This document shows, in pieces, positions 8,292-18,252 of a DNA stretch of 64,000 nucleotides. Below the pieces are notes generated by a model. It searched no databases. It saw only the letters and a list, made by a program, of their open reading frames with translations, and had not been told where the DNA came from. A program made the translations under genes and the position numbers. Each line of letters starts with the position of its first letter. Position 1 is the stretch's first letter. This DNA comes from Eubacteriales bacterium (GTDB taxonomy: Bacteria > Bacillota > Clostridia > Oscillospirales > CAG-272): NCBI GenBank assembly GCA_045660785.1, contig JAZREL010000014.1, forward strand, positions 4,849-68,848, given 5' to 3'.

Positions 8292-10559
8292 ATGAGAAAT
8301 ATTCTTTCACTTAACGAAAATTGGCTTTTCGTTAAGAACACAAGCGATATAAATTCAAGCGAAGGCACCACGGTAAATTTACCGCACACGTGGAATAGCG
8401 AGGACGGCTACGACGGCGGAAACGACTATTTCCGCGGCTCTTGCCTTTACAAAAAAGCATTAAACAAGAGCGAGCTTCCAAGTGCTGACCTTTACTATCT
8501 TGAATTCAGAGGTGCAAACTCAAGCGCAGACGTTTACGCAGGCGGCAAGCATCTTTATCACCACGACGGCGGCTACTCTACCTTCAGAGTGAATATTACG
8601 GAGGAGCTTGGTGATGCAACGGAAATTTCCGTAATAGTTGACAACTCACCAAACGAGCAGGTTTACCCACAAATGGCGGACTTCACCTTCTACGGCGGTC
8701 TTTACCGTGACGTGAACCTTATTTGTGTAAGCACCTCTCACTTTGACCTCGACTACTACGGTGCGCCCGGCATTAAAATCACACCCCTTGTAAACGGACA
8801 AAATGCAACGGTTACCGTTGAAGCGTTTGTAAAAAACCTTCAAGACGGACAAACTCTTGCCTACACTATATACGACAAGGATGAAAACGAGCTATTAAGA
8901 AACGAAACAAGTGACCCTGTGTCTGTTTTTGAGATAGAAAACGTGCATCTTTGGCACGGACGCCGCGACCCGTACCTTTACTGCTGTGAGGTTGAAATTA
9001 TAGAAAACGGCGAAGTAATTGACAACGTTTGTCAGCGCTTTGGCTGTCGCAGCTTCAAAATCGACCCCGAAAACGGCTTTATATTAAACGGCGAGGAATA
9101 TCCCCTTCGCGGTGTGTCCCGTCACCAAGACAGATGGGGCTTTGGTAATGCTCTTCTTCCCGAGCATCACAGAGAGGATATAGACCTCATTATGGAGGTT
9201 GGCGCAACGACAATTCGTTTAGCGCACTATCAGCACGACCAATATTTTTACGACCTTTGCGACGAAAAGGGACTTGTGATTTGGGCGGAAATTCCGTACA
9301 TTTCAAGACATATGCCAGGCGGCAGAGAAAACACAATTTCTCAAATGAAGGAACTTATCTCGCAAAATTACAACCACCCCTGTATCGTTGTTTGGGGTCT
9401 TTCAAATGAAATTTCAATCGCGGGCTCAGACGGCGATCTTCTTGAAAACCACCGTATTCTTAACGACCTCGTGCACGAAATGGACAAAACACGCTTAACC
9501 ACTATTGCGGCGGTTTCGATGTGCAAAATGGACGACCCTTACCTACTTATTCCCGACGTTGTTTCGTATAACCACTATTTCGGCTGGTACGGCGGCGAAA
9601 CGTCAATGAACGGCCCTTGGTTTGACAAGTTCCACGCGATGCATCCAAATATTCCAATCGGCTGCTCCGAATACGGCTGCGAGGCGCTCAACTGGCACAC
9701 AAGCGACCCAAAGCAGGGTGACTACACCGAGGAATATCAAGCTTACTACCACGAGGAGCTAATTAAGCAGCTCTTTACAAGAAAATATTTGTGGGCAACC
9801 CACGTTTGGAATATGTTCGACTTTGGCGCGGACGCGCGTGCGCAGGGCGGCGAAAACGGACAAAACCACAAGGGTCTTGTCACAATGGACAGAAAATACA
9901 AAAAGGATGCGTTCTACGCTTACAAGGCGTGGCTCTCCGATGAGCCGTTTGTGCATCTTTGCGGCAAAAGATACGTTGACCGCGTTGAGGACGTAACTAA
10001 GGTTACCGTATATTCCAACCTTGACGAGGTTGAGCTTTTCGTAAACGGCGAAAGCATCGGCAAAAAAACCGCACCCGACCACTTCTTCTACTTTGACGTA
10101 CCAAACGTAGGAGAATCAACCATCGTTGCAAAAGCAGGCGAGCTTACCGACGAGGGCACAATTCGCAAGGTTGACGAAATGAACATGGACTACGTTCTTG
10201 TTGAAAAGGGCGCGGTGCTTAACTGGTTCGACGTCAACGCACCCGAGGGACGCTTCTCGCTTAACGATAAGCTTGGCGATATTATGAAGAGTGGGCGCGG
10301 CAAGCTTTGGTTCATACTTCTTGCACTTAAAATGAAGCGCAAAATGGACGCCAACAAGAAGAAAAAGAAGAAGGGCGAAAAGGGCGGCGGCTTCGACATC
10401 GACCTTAAATCGGGCAGCGGACTTATGGAAATGATGGGCAGCTTCACTGTGCTTCGCTTGGCAAGCATGCTCGGCATGGCAAACATCTCCTTCACCAAAG
10501 AAGAGCTTCTTAAGATGAACAGGAAGCTTAATAGAATTAGAAAGCCAAAGAAAAAATAA
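8292..10559 (+). CDS. Glycoside hydrolase family 2 (beta-glucuronidase/beta-galactosidase-like)
   Basis: 755 aa. N-terminal sugar-binding LNENWLF, acid/base WGLSNEIS and nucleophile region GCSEYGCEA. Lys-rich C-terminal tail. Confidence 0.8.
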   Translation: MRNILSLNENWLFVKNTSDINSSEGTTVNLPHTWNSEDGYDGGNDYFRGSCLYKKALNKSELPSADLYYLEFRGANSSADVYAGGKHLYHHDGGYSTFRVNITEELGDATEISVIVDNSPNEQVYPQMADFTFYGGLYRDVNLICVSTSHFDLDYYGAPGIKITPLVNGQNATVTVEAFVKNLQDGQTLAYTIYDKDENELLRNETSDPVSVFEIENVHLWHGRRDPYLYCCEVEIIENGEVIDNVCQRFGCRSFKIDPENGFILNGEEYPLRGVSRHQDRWGFGNALLPEHHREDIDLIMEVGATTIRLAHYQHDQYFYDLCDEKGLVIWAEIPYISRHMPGGRENTISQMKELISQNYNHPCIVVWGLSNEISIAGSDGDLLENHRILNDLVHEMDKTRLTTIAAVSMCKMDDPYLLIPDVVSYNHYFGWYGGETSMNGPWFDKFHAMHPNIPIGCSEYGCEALNWHTSDPKQGDYTEEYQAYYHEELIKQLFTRKYLWATHVWNMFDFGADARAQGGENGQNHKGLVTMDRKYKKDAFYAYKAWLSDEPFVHLCGKRYVDRVEDVTKVTVYSNLDEVELFVNGESIGKKTAPDHFFYFDVPNVGESTIVAKAGELTDEGTIRKVDEMNMDYVLVEKGAVLNWFDVNAPEGRFSLNDKLGDIMKSGRGKLWFILLALKMKRKMDANKKKKKKGEKGGGFDIDLKSGSGLMEMMGSFTVLRLASMLGMANISFTKEELLKMNRKLNRIRKPKKK

Positions 10560-10591
10560 ACCGAGGATGAAACATTAAGGCACAAATACAA

Positions 10592-10620
10592 ATGCCACAA
10601 CTGTCCGTTGTGGCATTTTG
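10592..10620 (+). terminator. Rho-independent terminator
   Basis: ATGCCACAAC-tgtcc-GTTGTGGCAT followed by TTTT. Confidence 0.75.
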
Positions 10621-10623
10621 CTA

Positions 10624-10652
10624 TTTACATACATATATTTATATGGTATAAT
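10624..10652 (+). promoter_or_regulatory. Sigma-A type promoter
   Basis: TTTACA, 17 nt, TATAAT with an upstream TG-like extension. Confidence 0.5.
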
Positions 10653-10673
10653 TTAGTAAAAGGTGGTGTTTTT

Positions 10674-10991
10674 ATGGAAAAATATGCATGGCGCGCAAAA
10701 ATTGTTGACGGCGCTTTGGAGGAATACGTAAGAAGACACGATGCGCTTTGGGACGAGATGAAAGAGGTGCTTAGCGAGGCGGGGATTGTCAACTACACAA
10801 TATGGAACGTTGGAAACGAGCTTTTTGGCTACTACGAATGCACAAAGGGCGTGGAGTTTGCCGCTAAGGTACAGGCAGAAAGCCCTGTGGTTGAGCGTTG
10901 GAATGAATATATGAAGGACATTTTGATTATGGAAATGGACCCTGAAACGGGCGCGCAGCCGAAATTAACTAAGGTTTTCAGCTTTAATTAA
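10674..10991 (+). CDS. L-rhamnose mutarotase family protein
   Basis: 105 aa from MEKYAW (the track ORF starts inside the terminator). The pattern YVRRHDALWDEM...NYTIW...ERWNEYM matches the RhaM/DUF718 fold family. Confidence 0.75.
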   Translation: MEKYAWRAKIVDGALEEYVRRHDALWDEMKEVLSEAGIVNYTIWNVGNELFGYYECTKGVEFAAKVQAESPVVERWNEYMKDILIMEMDPETGAQPKLTKVFSFN

Positions 10992-11049
10992 GCATAGGCA
11001 TATTTCGCGTTCGGTATAAAGGACATATACTTAAAAGGGAGAGACATAT

Positions 11050-11748
11050 ATGAGTGATATTTGGAGCTACATTGTAAATTTTGTAAATCAGTATATTATA
11101 GAGCTTAGCTGGATTTCTATAATTTTAAGAATGATTTTGGCGGTTTTGGTTGGCGGCGTTATCGGAAACGAAAGAGGCAGAAGCGGAAGCCCTGCGGGAC
11201 TTAGAACGCACATTCTCGTTTGCGTTGGCTCGGCAATGACCGCGCTTATCAGCGTTTTTATCGCCAAAAACGGCGGCTTTGAAGATATTGCAAGAATTCC
11301 TGCACAGGTTATTTCAGGCATCGGCTTCCTTGGCGCGGGAATGATTATTGTTAAGAAAAATAACGTAATCACAGGTCTTACCACGGCGGCAGGCATGTGG
11401 GCAACAGCAACGCTTGGTATTGCGCTTGGCTACGGCTTTTATCTTGGCGCACTTATCGGCACGGCGGCTTGCATTTTCACGGCGGCATTTTTGACACGCC
11501 TTGAGCGCCGCACAAAGAAATCAATTCATATTTACGCGGAAATTCGCGATGCAGAAAAGGCGGGCGCTATCACTGATGAAATTCGCACCTTGCTCGGCAA
11601 GGAAGCGCTCATCGAGGTTTCAAGCCCAAGAAGCGGAACAAACGGCAACGTAGGTCTTTACATTACGGTTAGTACACAAACCGCCGCACCGAACTGCCGT
11701 GAATATATCGAAAAAATCGACGGTATTTTCTTTGCAATTCTTCAGTAA
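11050..11748 (+). CDS. MgtC/SapB family membrane protein
   Basis: 232 aa. Conserved RMILAVLVGGVIGNERGRSGSPAGLRTHILV block. Confidence 0.85.
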   Translation: MSDIWSYIVNFVNQYIIELSWISIILRMILAVLVGGVIGNERGRSGSPAGLRTHILVCVGSAMTALISVFIAKNGGFEDIARIPAQVISGIGFLGAGMIIVKKNNVITGLTTAAGMWATATLGIALGYGFYLGALIGTAACIFTAAFLTRLERRTKKSIHIYAEIRDAEKAGAITDEIRTLLGKEALIEVSSPRSGTNGNVGLYITVSTQTAAPNCREYIEKIDGIFFAILQ

Positions 11749-11756
11749 AGGAGATA

Positions 11757-12290
11757 GTGATGGACAAGAACCAACCCAAGGTGAATTGGAAGGGCGGACT
11801 GCTCTACTTTCTTTTTACGCAAATAGAGGTGCTTGTCTCTGCTTTTTTTCTCACGTTTTTAATTTACCCGATAAGAATGGTTTTCGACGTGGGAATGACG
11901 CGCGATTTTTTAGAAGCCGGCTTGCTCATTATAATCGAGCTTGCAATTAGATTTTTCATCTTTTTCGCGCTTTTCAAAAATCAAAGACGTTTAACCTTCG
12001 GCTATTTTGCACAGGGATACGGAATTGCAGTTGGCATACGCTTTATCTTCTCGCTTGTAACGAGCTTTGCCGCATTTAGCGCAGGAATGGGAATTTTAAC
12101 GTTTGGCTCAGCTGTGGCGACCTATTTTACCGATAAGGAAATAAAATCGCTCACCGACGTGCCAACAATAATTTATATTATTGTTTTTATTCTTTTCGAG
12201 GCGCTTTCCCTGCTAATGGCAATTTTGGCAAGCCGCTTGACTGAAGCAAGGCGAGAAAAAGAAAGAAACGAGCTAATAAAAGGAAGATAA
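11757..12290 (+). CDS. Hypothetical multi-pass membrane protein
   Basis: 177 aa with 4-5 hydrophobic segments. Tightly packed in the operon. No recognisable motif. Confidence 0.45.
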   Translation: MMDKNQPKVNWKGGLLYFLFTQIEVLVSAFFLTFLIYPIRMVFDVGMTRDFLEAGLLIIIELAIRFFIFFALFKNQRRLTFGYFAQGYGIAVGIRFIFSLVTSFAAFSAGMGILTFGSAVATYFTDKEIKSLTDVPTIIYIIVFILFEALSLLMAILASRLTEARREKERNELIKGR

Positions 12291-12291
12291 A

Positions 12292-12933
12292 ATGAAAGTA
12301 ATTGATTTAACACACACCATAAGGGAAGATATGAATGTTTATCCCGGCACAGAGCAACCGAAATTGAACGTAGCAAACACACACGAGCTTGACGGCTTCA
12401 AGGAAACGTTAATTACGATGTTTTCACACACGGGCACACATATTGACCCACCGTTTCATATTTTCAAGAACGGCAAAACGCTTGACAGCTACGATGCGGA
12501 TGCATTTGTCGGTCGCGCATTGGTAATTGATTGCCGCGATTTAAAGCTGGGTGAGAAAATTGAGCTTTCACTCATTCAAAAGCAAGAAAAAGCGGCAGGG
12601 AGTGTCGAGTTTTTGCTGTTTTGCACAGGATTTGATAAGAAGTGGGGCACGGATAATTATTATGACAATTACCCCGTTTTATCACGTGAAGCACTTGAAT
12701 ATATCATAGAGAAAAAATACAAGGGCATCGGCTTCGACGTGATAGGACTTGACCCTATCGGCTCACTTGACCTTCACCGCTTGCTATTTGAGCAAAGCGA
12801 AATGATAAACATCGAAAATCTTAAAAATCTTGATTTATGCATCGGTGGAGCGTTTACTTTTGTTTGCCTTCCGCTAAAAATTGCTAATTCGGACGGTGCA
12901 AGCGCACGCGCGATTGCCATTATGGAGGACTAA
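12292..12933 (+). CDS. Cyclase family protein (kynurenine formamidase-like)
   Basis: 213 aa. HTGTHIDPPFH metal-binding motif. Confidence 0.8.
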   Translation: MKVIDLTHTIREDMNVYPGTEQPKLNVANTHELDGFKETLITMFSHTGTHIDPPFHIFKNGKTLDSYDADAFVGRALVIDCRDLKLGEKIELSLIQKQEKAAGSVEFLLFCTGFDKKWGTDNYYDNYPVLSREALEYIIEKKYKGIGFDVIGLDPIGSLDLHRLLFEQSEMINIENLKNLDLCIGGAFTFVCLPLKIANSDGASARAIAIMED

Positions 12934-12935
12934 AA

Positions 12936-13655
12936 ATGAACACGATAAAGATTGACAAAAAGCAGGTTAAGCTCATTGCGCACAGAGGACTTAGCGGCAT
13001 TGAGGTTGAAAACACAAACGCGGCGTTTGTTGCGGCAGGCAACCGCTCATATTACGGTATAGAAACAGACATTCACAGAACAAGTGACGGAAATTTTGTC
13101 ATCGGTCACGACGACAACTACAAAAGAATAGCCGGGGAGGAAATTTTCCTCGGTCAAAATACGCTTAGCGCGCTTCAAGAGGTAATTTTCTTCGACAAGG
13201 ACGGAAAAAAGGACAGAGTGGATCTTCGCCCAAGCCACCTTGAAAATTACTTAAAAATCGTAAAAAAATACGAAAAGCACGCGATTTTGGAGCTAAAATC
13301 CGACTTTAGCGACGAGGAAATAAGCAAAATCGTCGAGATAGTAAAAAGCTACGACTATCTTGAAAATACAACCTTCATTTCCTTTATTTACGATAATCTT
13401 GCAAAAATAAAGAAGCTTTTGCCAAACCAAAGCGCACAGTACCTGTTTTGGAAGGTGACAGACGAGGAAATAAACCGCCTTGTACGCGACAAAATCGACG
13501 TTGACGTTTGGTGCCGCGAGCTGACCCGTGAGCAAATCGAAGCTTGCCACAAAGCAGGCCTTACTGTCAACTGTTGGACTGTTGACACCATTGAGGAAGC
13601 CGACAAGCTTATCGAGTGGGGAATTGACTATATTACCACGAATATTTTGGAATAA
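12936..13655 (+). CDS. Glycerophosphodiester phosphodiesterase family protein
   Basis: 239 aa. IAHRG...ENT...GIETDIHRTSDGNFVIGHD motifs. Confidence 0.85.
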   Translation: MNTIKIDKKQVKLIAHRGLSGIEVENTNAAFVAAGNRSYYGIETDIHRTSDGNFVIGHDDNYKRIAGEEIFLGQNTLSALQEVIFFDKDGKKDRVDLRPSHLENYLKIVKKYEKHAILELKSDFSDEEISKIVEIVKSYDYLENTTFISFIYDNLAKIKKLLPNQSAQYLFWKVTDEEINRLVRDKIDVDVWCRELTREQIEACHKAGLTVNCWTVDTIEEADKLIEWGIDYITTNILE

Positions 13656-13727
13656 TCAAAAAGCCACCGTGCTTATCAGTAACGTTGAGCGAGTGTAGGA
13701 TGAAAGCTACACCTTATTTCTCTGCTT

Positions 13728-13774
13728 AAAAAACGCCTTTTCCCCATTTGGTTGGAGGGAAAAGGCGTTTTTTA
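13728..13774. terminator. Bidirectional rho-independent terminator
   Basis: ACGCCTTTTCCC...GGGAAAAGGCGT 12-bp stem flanked by an A-run and a T-run, between convergent genes. Confidence 0.8.
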
Positions 13775-13795
13775 TTTCTTTTGATGTGTTGCTTT

Positions 13796-14602
13796 TTATT
13801 CCGTCGGGGCTTTGCCGAAATGCTTTTTATAAAGGCGGTAAAAGGATGAGTAGTCATTGAAGCCGCATTCGTGGCACGCTTCGATAACGCCCAAGCCGTT
13901 TCTTAGCTTTTTGTTGAAAAGTATCAAGCGTTTTGCGGTTATGTAGCTATGTGGGGATTTTCCCGTTGATTTTTTGAAAACGCGCGAAACCTGCGAGGGG
14001 CTGATGTGCATTTTGCGCGCGATTTTTTCGATAGTTAAATCGCTTGTCAAATTTTCATTGACGTAGGAAATTATTTCAGCATCCGCGCCCTTTGTAGGGA
14101 GCTTTTTTTCCTTTATATTAAATGCGGAGTTAATACTTGATAGGAGCGAGGAAAGATTTGAAATTATAGCGTCGTTTTTATTAAAGGTACCACATTCGTT
14201 TATCATTTTTTCGATTTGTGCAAGCGCGCTGATAGAGCCAAGCTCACTTGATAAATACATATTCTCCTCGCCAAGTCCTCTTTTTTTGAAGGGGGATAAA
14301 AGCTCCATTGAAAACGGAGTGCCCGAAAAAAGACTGCCCGAAAAATTGATTACGTATCTTTCATATTCCGTGCTTTTATTTACTATAAGCTTGTGCGTTT
14401 CACTCGGTCGCATAAGCATAATTGCGCCCGACTTTAATTTATAGAGCGTGCCCTCAACGATATAGTCAACGTTGCCGCGCACCAAGCAAAAAATCTCGTA
14501 GCTATCGTGAATGTGCGATGGGAAATCACTGTCCCGAGGTGCTTCATCGATAGAATGAGAAAGGGAAAAGCCCTCTATTTCGATAGCGTTTAATACTGCC
14601 AT
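13796..14602 (-). CDS. AraC family transcriptional regulator (cupin + HTH)
   Basis: 268 aa. C-terminal dual HTH (SPSQVSRVFKK...GFNDYSSFYRLYKKHFG). Confidence 0.85.
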   Translation of the reverse strand: MAVLNAIEIEGFSLSHSIDEAPRDSDFPSHIHDSYEIFCLVRGNVDYIVEGTLYKLKSGAIMLMRPSETHKLIVNKSTEYERYVINFSGSLFSGTPFSMELLSPFKKRGLGEENMYLSSELGSISALAQIEKMINECGTFNKNDAIISNLSSLLSSINSAFNIKEKKLPTKGADAEIISYVNENLTSDLTIEKIARKMHISPSQVSRVFKKSTGKSPHSYITAKRLILFNKKLRNGLGVIEACHECGFNDYSSFYRLYKKHFGKAPTE

Positions 14603-14772
14603 TTTGCCCTCTCCTTATCATTTCTTATAAATACTCTATCACAATATGACAAGAAATACAATATAATTTGATAAAAAATACAATTGTATTGTAATTTCTT
14701 TTATTATATAATATAGAAAATGGGTGCGTTTTGCTTTTTTTGGTAGGTGTGCGCCCTTTTGGAGGAAACAAA

Positions 14773-15828
14773 ATGGATTTTTCTAAAATGCCCGACTTTT
14801 TTGCTGGCTCCCTTTCATCAAGGGAGGCGTGGGAGCAAAAAAGAACGGAATTAAAATCACTTATATTAAACGAGGAGTACGGCACGTTCCCCTCTCTTCC
14901 CTCTCCCTCTATTACGGTTGAGCGACAAGGCGTCAACTTTGCAGGCAAGGCGGATTGGGACCGCGTGAGCTTTGAATTTTCTCAAGGCGAAAGGACACAC
15001 ACGGTTGAAGCCGAGCTGATTTTGCTAAAAAACGAGCCGCTAAACAAGCCGCTCTTTATTTACATTGACTTTTCTAAGGAAACGCCTTCAAAATATTTAC
15101 CCGTTGAGGAAATTTTAGATAGCGGCTGTAACATTTTCAAGGTTTTCTATCAGGACGTAACAAGTGACGACGGGGATTTTGAAAACGGTCTTTGCGCGCT
15201 TGCCTCGGGCGGTGGCGAGATATACGGAAAAATTGCCGTATGGTCATATTTTTTAAGAATTATGGCAGACTATCTTTGTTCAATCGGCTACACGGGCACG
15301 CTTGCGGTTGCAGGACATTCTCGCCTTGGAAAAACCGCACTGCTTACCGCAGCTTACGACGAAAGATTTATGCTTGCTTGCGTAAACAACAGCGGCTGCG
15401 CGGGTGCGTCATTCTCGCGCTTTAAGGAAAATGGCGAGGAAACAATAAAGGACATTGTGGGCACGTTCCCATTCTGGTTCAAGAAAAAATTCCACTCGTA
15501 CGTAGATAACGAGGATGCCTTACCCTTTGACCAACATATGCTTCTTGCCTTGGTTGCGCCAAGGTGCGCACTTATCGGCTGTGCCGAGCTTGACTATTGG
15601 GCGGACAACGATGGCGCTTATCACTCTTGCCTGCTTGCAAGCGGCGCGTGGGGGGCTTACGGCAAGACGGGAATTTTCCCTGCGCCTCATTCATATAGCG
15701 AGCTGACAAAGGACAATCTATATCCAACGTTAATGGGGAAAGAGCTTGGCTACTTTATAAGAAGCGGCACACATTTCTTGTCCCGTTACGATTGGCAAAA
15801 ATACATAGAAAAAATAAAGGAGCTTTAA
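14773..15828 (+). CDS. Alpha/beta hydrolase, CE15 glucuronoyl-esterase-like
   Basis: Start at MDFSKM after GGAGG. Nucleophile elbow AGHSRLGKTAL resembles the CE15 G-x-S-R-x-G motif. PFDQHMLLALVAPR and a C-terminal GTH are also present. Confidence 0.5.
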   Translation: MDFSKMPDFFAGSLSSREAWEQKRTELKSLILNEEYGTFPSLPSPSITVERQGVNFAGKADWDRVSFEFSQGERTHTVEAELILLKNEPLNKPLFIYIDFSKETPSKYLPVEEILDSGCNIFKVFYQDVTSDDGDFENGLCALASGGGEIYGKIAVWSYFLRIMADYLCSIGYTGTLAVAGHSRLGKTALLTAAYDERFMLACVNNSGCAGASFSRFKENGEETIKDIVGTFPFWFKKKFHSYVDNEDALPFDQHMLLALVAPRCALIGCAELDYWADNDGAYHSCLLASGAWGAYGKTGIFPAPHSYSELTKDNLYPTLMGKELGYFIRSGTHFLSRYDWQKYIEKIKEL

Positions 15829-15829
15829 T

Positions 15830-16657
15830 ATGGGACTTCAAAATAAACTTGCAGTAATCACGGGCGCAGGCGGCGTACTCTGCTCTGCGTTTGCAAAATG
15901 CTTATCACGCGAGGGCGTGCGCGTTATGCTTCTCGATTTAAACTACGAGGCGGCAAAAGCGGTTCGCGATGAAATAATCAAGGACGGCGGAGTTGCCGAG
16001 GCATTTAAGTGCAACGTGCTTGAGCGCGAGTCAATCGAGGCGGCGCACAATGATATTCTAAGCAAATACGGAAAATGCGATATACTCTTAAACGGCGCTG
16101 GCGGAAATAATCCACGTGCAACGCTTGCAAAGGAATATTACGAAAAGGGTGACGAGAAGCTTGACGATATAAAGACGTTTTTCAACCTTCAGCCCAAGGA
16201 TTTCGGCTTCGTTTTCGACCTTAATTTAATGGGTACGCTTCTTCCAACTCAGGTTTTTGCCGCTGATATGCTTGAATGTGGCGGCACGGTTGTAAACGTA
16301 TCGTCAATGAACGCGTTCAGACCGCTTACAAAAATCCCTGCTTACTCCGCGGCAAAGAGTGCAGTTTCCAACTTCACAGAATGGCTTGCCGTTTATTTTG
16401 CAGGTGCAGGCATTCGCGTAAACGCGATAGCTCCCGGCTTCTTTGTAACCAAGCAAAACGAAGCACTTCTTTTCAAGGACGGAGTGCCAACACCAAGAAC
16501 GGAAAAGATTTTACGCGCAACGCCTATGGGACGCTTTGGCGAAGCCGAGGAGCTTTTCGGCGCACTTCTTTTCCTTGCAGACAATGAAAAATCAAGCTTT
16601 GTAACAGGCACAGTTATCCCCGTTGACGGCGGATTCAGTGCTTACTCGGGGGTATAA
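15830..16657 (+). CDS. SDR family oxidoreductase (D-mannonate oxidoreductase-like)
   Basis: 275 aa. TGAGGVL cofactor motif and Y-x3-K (YSAAK). Sits in a hexuronate locus. Confidence 0.7.
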   Translation: MGLQNKLAVITGAGGVLCSAFAKCLSREGVRVMLLDLNYEAAKAVRDEIIKDGGVAEAFKCNVLERESIEAAHNDILSKYGKCDILLNGAGGNNPRATLAKEYYEKGDEKLDDIKTFFNLQPKDFGFVFDLNLMGTLLPTQVFAADMLECGGTVVNVSSMNAFRPLTKIPAYSAAKSAVSNFTEWLAVYFAGAGIRVNAIAPGFFVTKQNEALLFKDGVPTPRTEKILRATPMGRFGEAEELFGALLFLADNEKSSFVTGTVIPVDGGFSAYSGV

Positions 16658-16658
16658 T

Positions 16659-17480
16659 ATGAGACTTTGTGGTTTTGCAGATGAAGCGGATAGCTTCCTT
16701 AAAGGACAGATTGCCGCACTTAACCGTAACCAAATGAAGCTTCTTGAAATAAGAGGCGTTGACGAGGAAAATATATCGGTTGTTAAAACGTCCAAGCTCG
16801 AAGAAATAAAAAAAGAGCTTGACGCGGCGGGAATTGGCGTATGGTCAATCGGCTCACCTATCGGAAAAGCTGACCCCTGTGTTGATTTTGAGGGTCACGT
16901 TGAAAAATTCAAGCACGTATGCGAGGCGGCAGAAATTCTCGGTGCTAAAAGAATCAGAATGTTCAGCTTCTTTACAAAGGATGAAAAGCTTGCACTTTCT
17001 TCAATTGAAAAGCTGCTTAAAATCACGCCGTCGGGCATTTTGCTTTGCCACGAAAACGAAAAGGGCATTTTCGGCGACGACTACCAAAGCTGCTTGAAAA
17101 TTCACAAAGCATTCCCTGAAATCAAAGCGGTTTTCGACCCTGCGAACTTCGTACAATGCGGCGTTGACACAAAAGCGGCGTGGGAAGCTCTTTTTCCCTA
17201 CGTTGACTATATGCACATCAAGGACGCGGCGAAAAACGGACAGGTTGTGCCGGCAGGACAAGGCATTGGCAACTTAAAATATCTTGTGGAAAATTATGCA
17301 AAAATGGGCGGTGAGGTTTTAACGCTTGAGCCGCACCTTATGGAATTTTACGGTCTTTGCGACCTTGAAAACGGTGAAAGCATGGCAAAAACGCCCATCT
17401 TTACCGACACAAACGTTGCATTTGATGCAGGTGCAAACGCGCTCAAAGCGTTGCTTGACGAGTTAAATTTAAAATATTAG
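16659..17480 (+). CDS. Sugar phosphate isomerase/epimerase (xylose isomerase-like TIM barrel)
   Basis: Start at the ATG 2 nt after the upstream stop (12 codons into the track ORF). Family-typical HIKD and LEPH blocks. Confidence 0.7.
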   Translation: MRLCGFADEADSFLKGQIAALNRNQMKLLEIRGVDEENISVVKTSKLEEIKKELDAAGIGVWSIGSPIGKADPCVDFEGHVEKFKHVCEAAEILGAKRIRMFSFFTKDEKLALSSIEKLLKITPSGILLCHENEKGIFGDDYQSCLKIHKAFPEIKAVFDPANFVQCGVDTKAAWEALFPYVDYMHIKDAAKNGQVVPAGQGIGNLKYLVENYAKMGGEVLTLEPHLMEFYGLCDLENGESMAKTPIFTDTNVAFDAGANALKALLDELNLKY

Positions 17481-17489
17481 AGGTAAATT

Positions 17490-18251
17490 ATGAAGCTTGG
17501 AGCACAATTTTATACTTTAAGAGATAAATGCAAGGACATAAAGTCCTTTGCTGATACACTTGCGCGCGTGGCTGAAATCGGCTTTACCGAGGTTCAAATT
17601 TCGGGCGTTTGCGCATATGAGCCCGAGTGGCTAAACGAAGAGTTAAAGAAAAACGGGCTCAGCTGTGTCCTTACACACTGGGGACCCGAGGACGTAAGAG
17701 ATAACACGCTTGAGGTTATTAAAAAGCACGAGGTTTTCGGATGTAAAAACATCGGCATCGGATGTATGCCGGGTTGGGTAAGCTGGGATAACTACGTTGC
17801 TTTTGCACGTGATTTTAAGGAGCCCGCAAAAATTATTGCACAAAACGGCGCAAAGCTCTTTTATCACAACCACGCGTTTGAATTTGCGCGCACACCCGAT
17901 GGCGAGCGCTACTTTGACAAAATCTTAAACGTGTTCACCCCTGAGGAGCTCAGCATTACGCTTGACACTTATTGGGCGGCGCTTGCAGGCGTTGACCTTT
18001 GCGACTTAATTCCAAGTCTTAAGGGCCGTCTTGAATGCGTGCACCTAAAGGACCTTGCGGTTGATGCCGAGAAAAATGCGCCTCGCATGGCAGTAGTTGG
18101 CGAGGGAAACATAAACTTTGAAAAGCTTCTTCCTCTTTTTGATGCAGCAGGCACGAAGCATTTGCTTATTGAGCAGGATGACACACAGGGCGAATGTCCG
18201 TTTGAATGCTTAAAGAGAAGCTACAAAAACTTGAAAGCGATGGGATTATAA
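17490..18251 (+). CDS. Sugar phosphate isomerase/epimerase (TIM barrel)
   Basis: 253 aa. YHNH...VHLKD...IEQD metal-ligand pattern. Confidence 0.7.
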   Translation: MKLGAQFYTLRDKCKDIKSFADTLARVAEIGFTEVQISGVCAYEPEWLNEELKKNGLSCVLTHWGPEDVRDNTLEVIKKHEVFGCKNIGIGCMPGWVSWDNYVAFARDFKEPAKIIAQNGAKLFYHNHAFEFARTPDGERYFDKILNVFTPEELSITLDTYWAALAGVDLCDLIPSLKGRLECVHLKDLAVDAEKNAPRMAVVGEGNINFEKLLPLFDAAGTKHLLIEQDDTQGECPFECLKRSYKNLKAMGL

Positions 18252-18252
18252 T

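Noticed and set aside
10190-10600. 136-aa minus-strand ORF and the Lys-rich C-terminus of GH2, considered as a possible separate gene or frameshift.
   Set aside because: The GH2 frame is continuous to 10559 and is followed by a clean terminator. The minus-strand ORF is a poly-Phe/Leu shadow of the poly-Lys tract.
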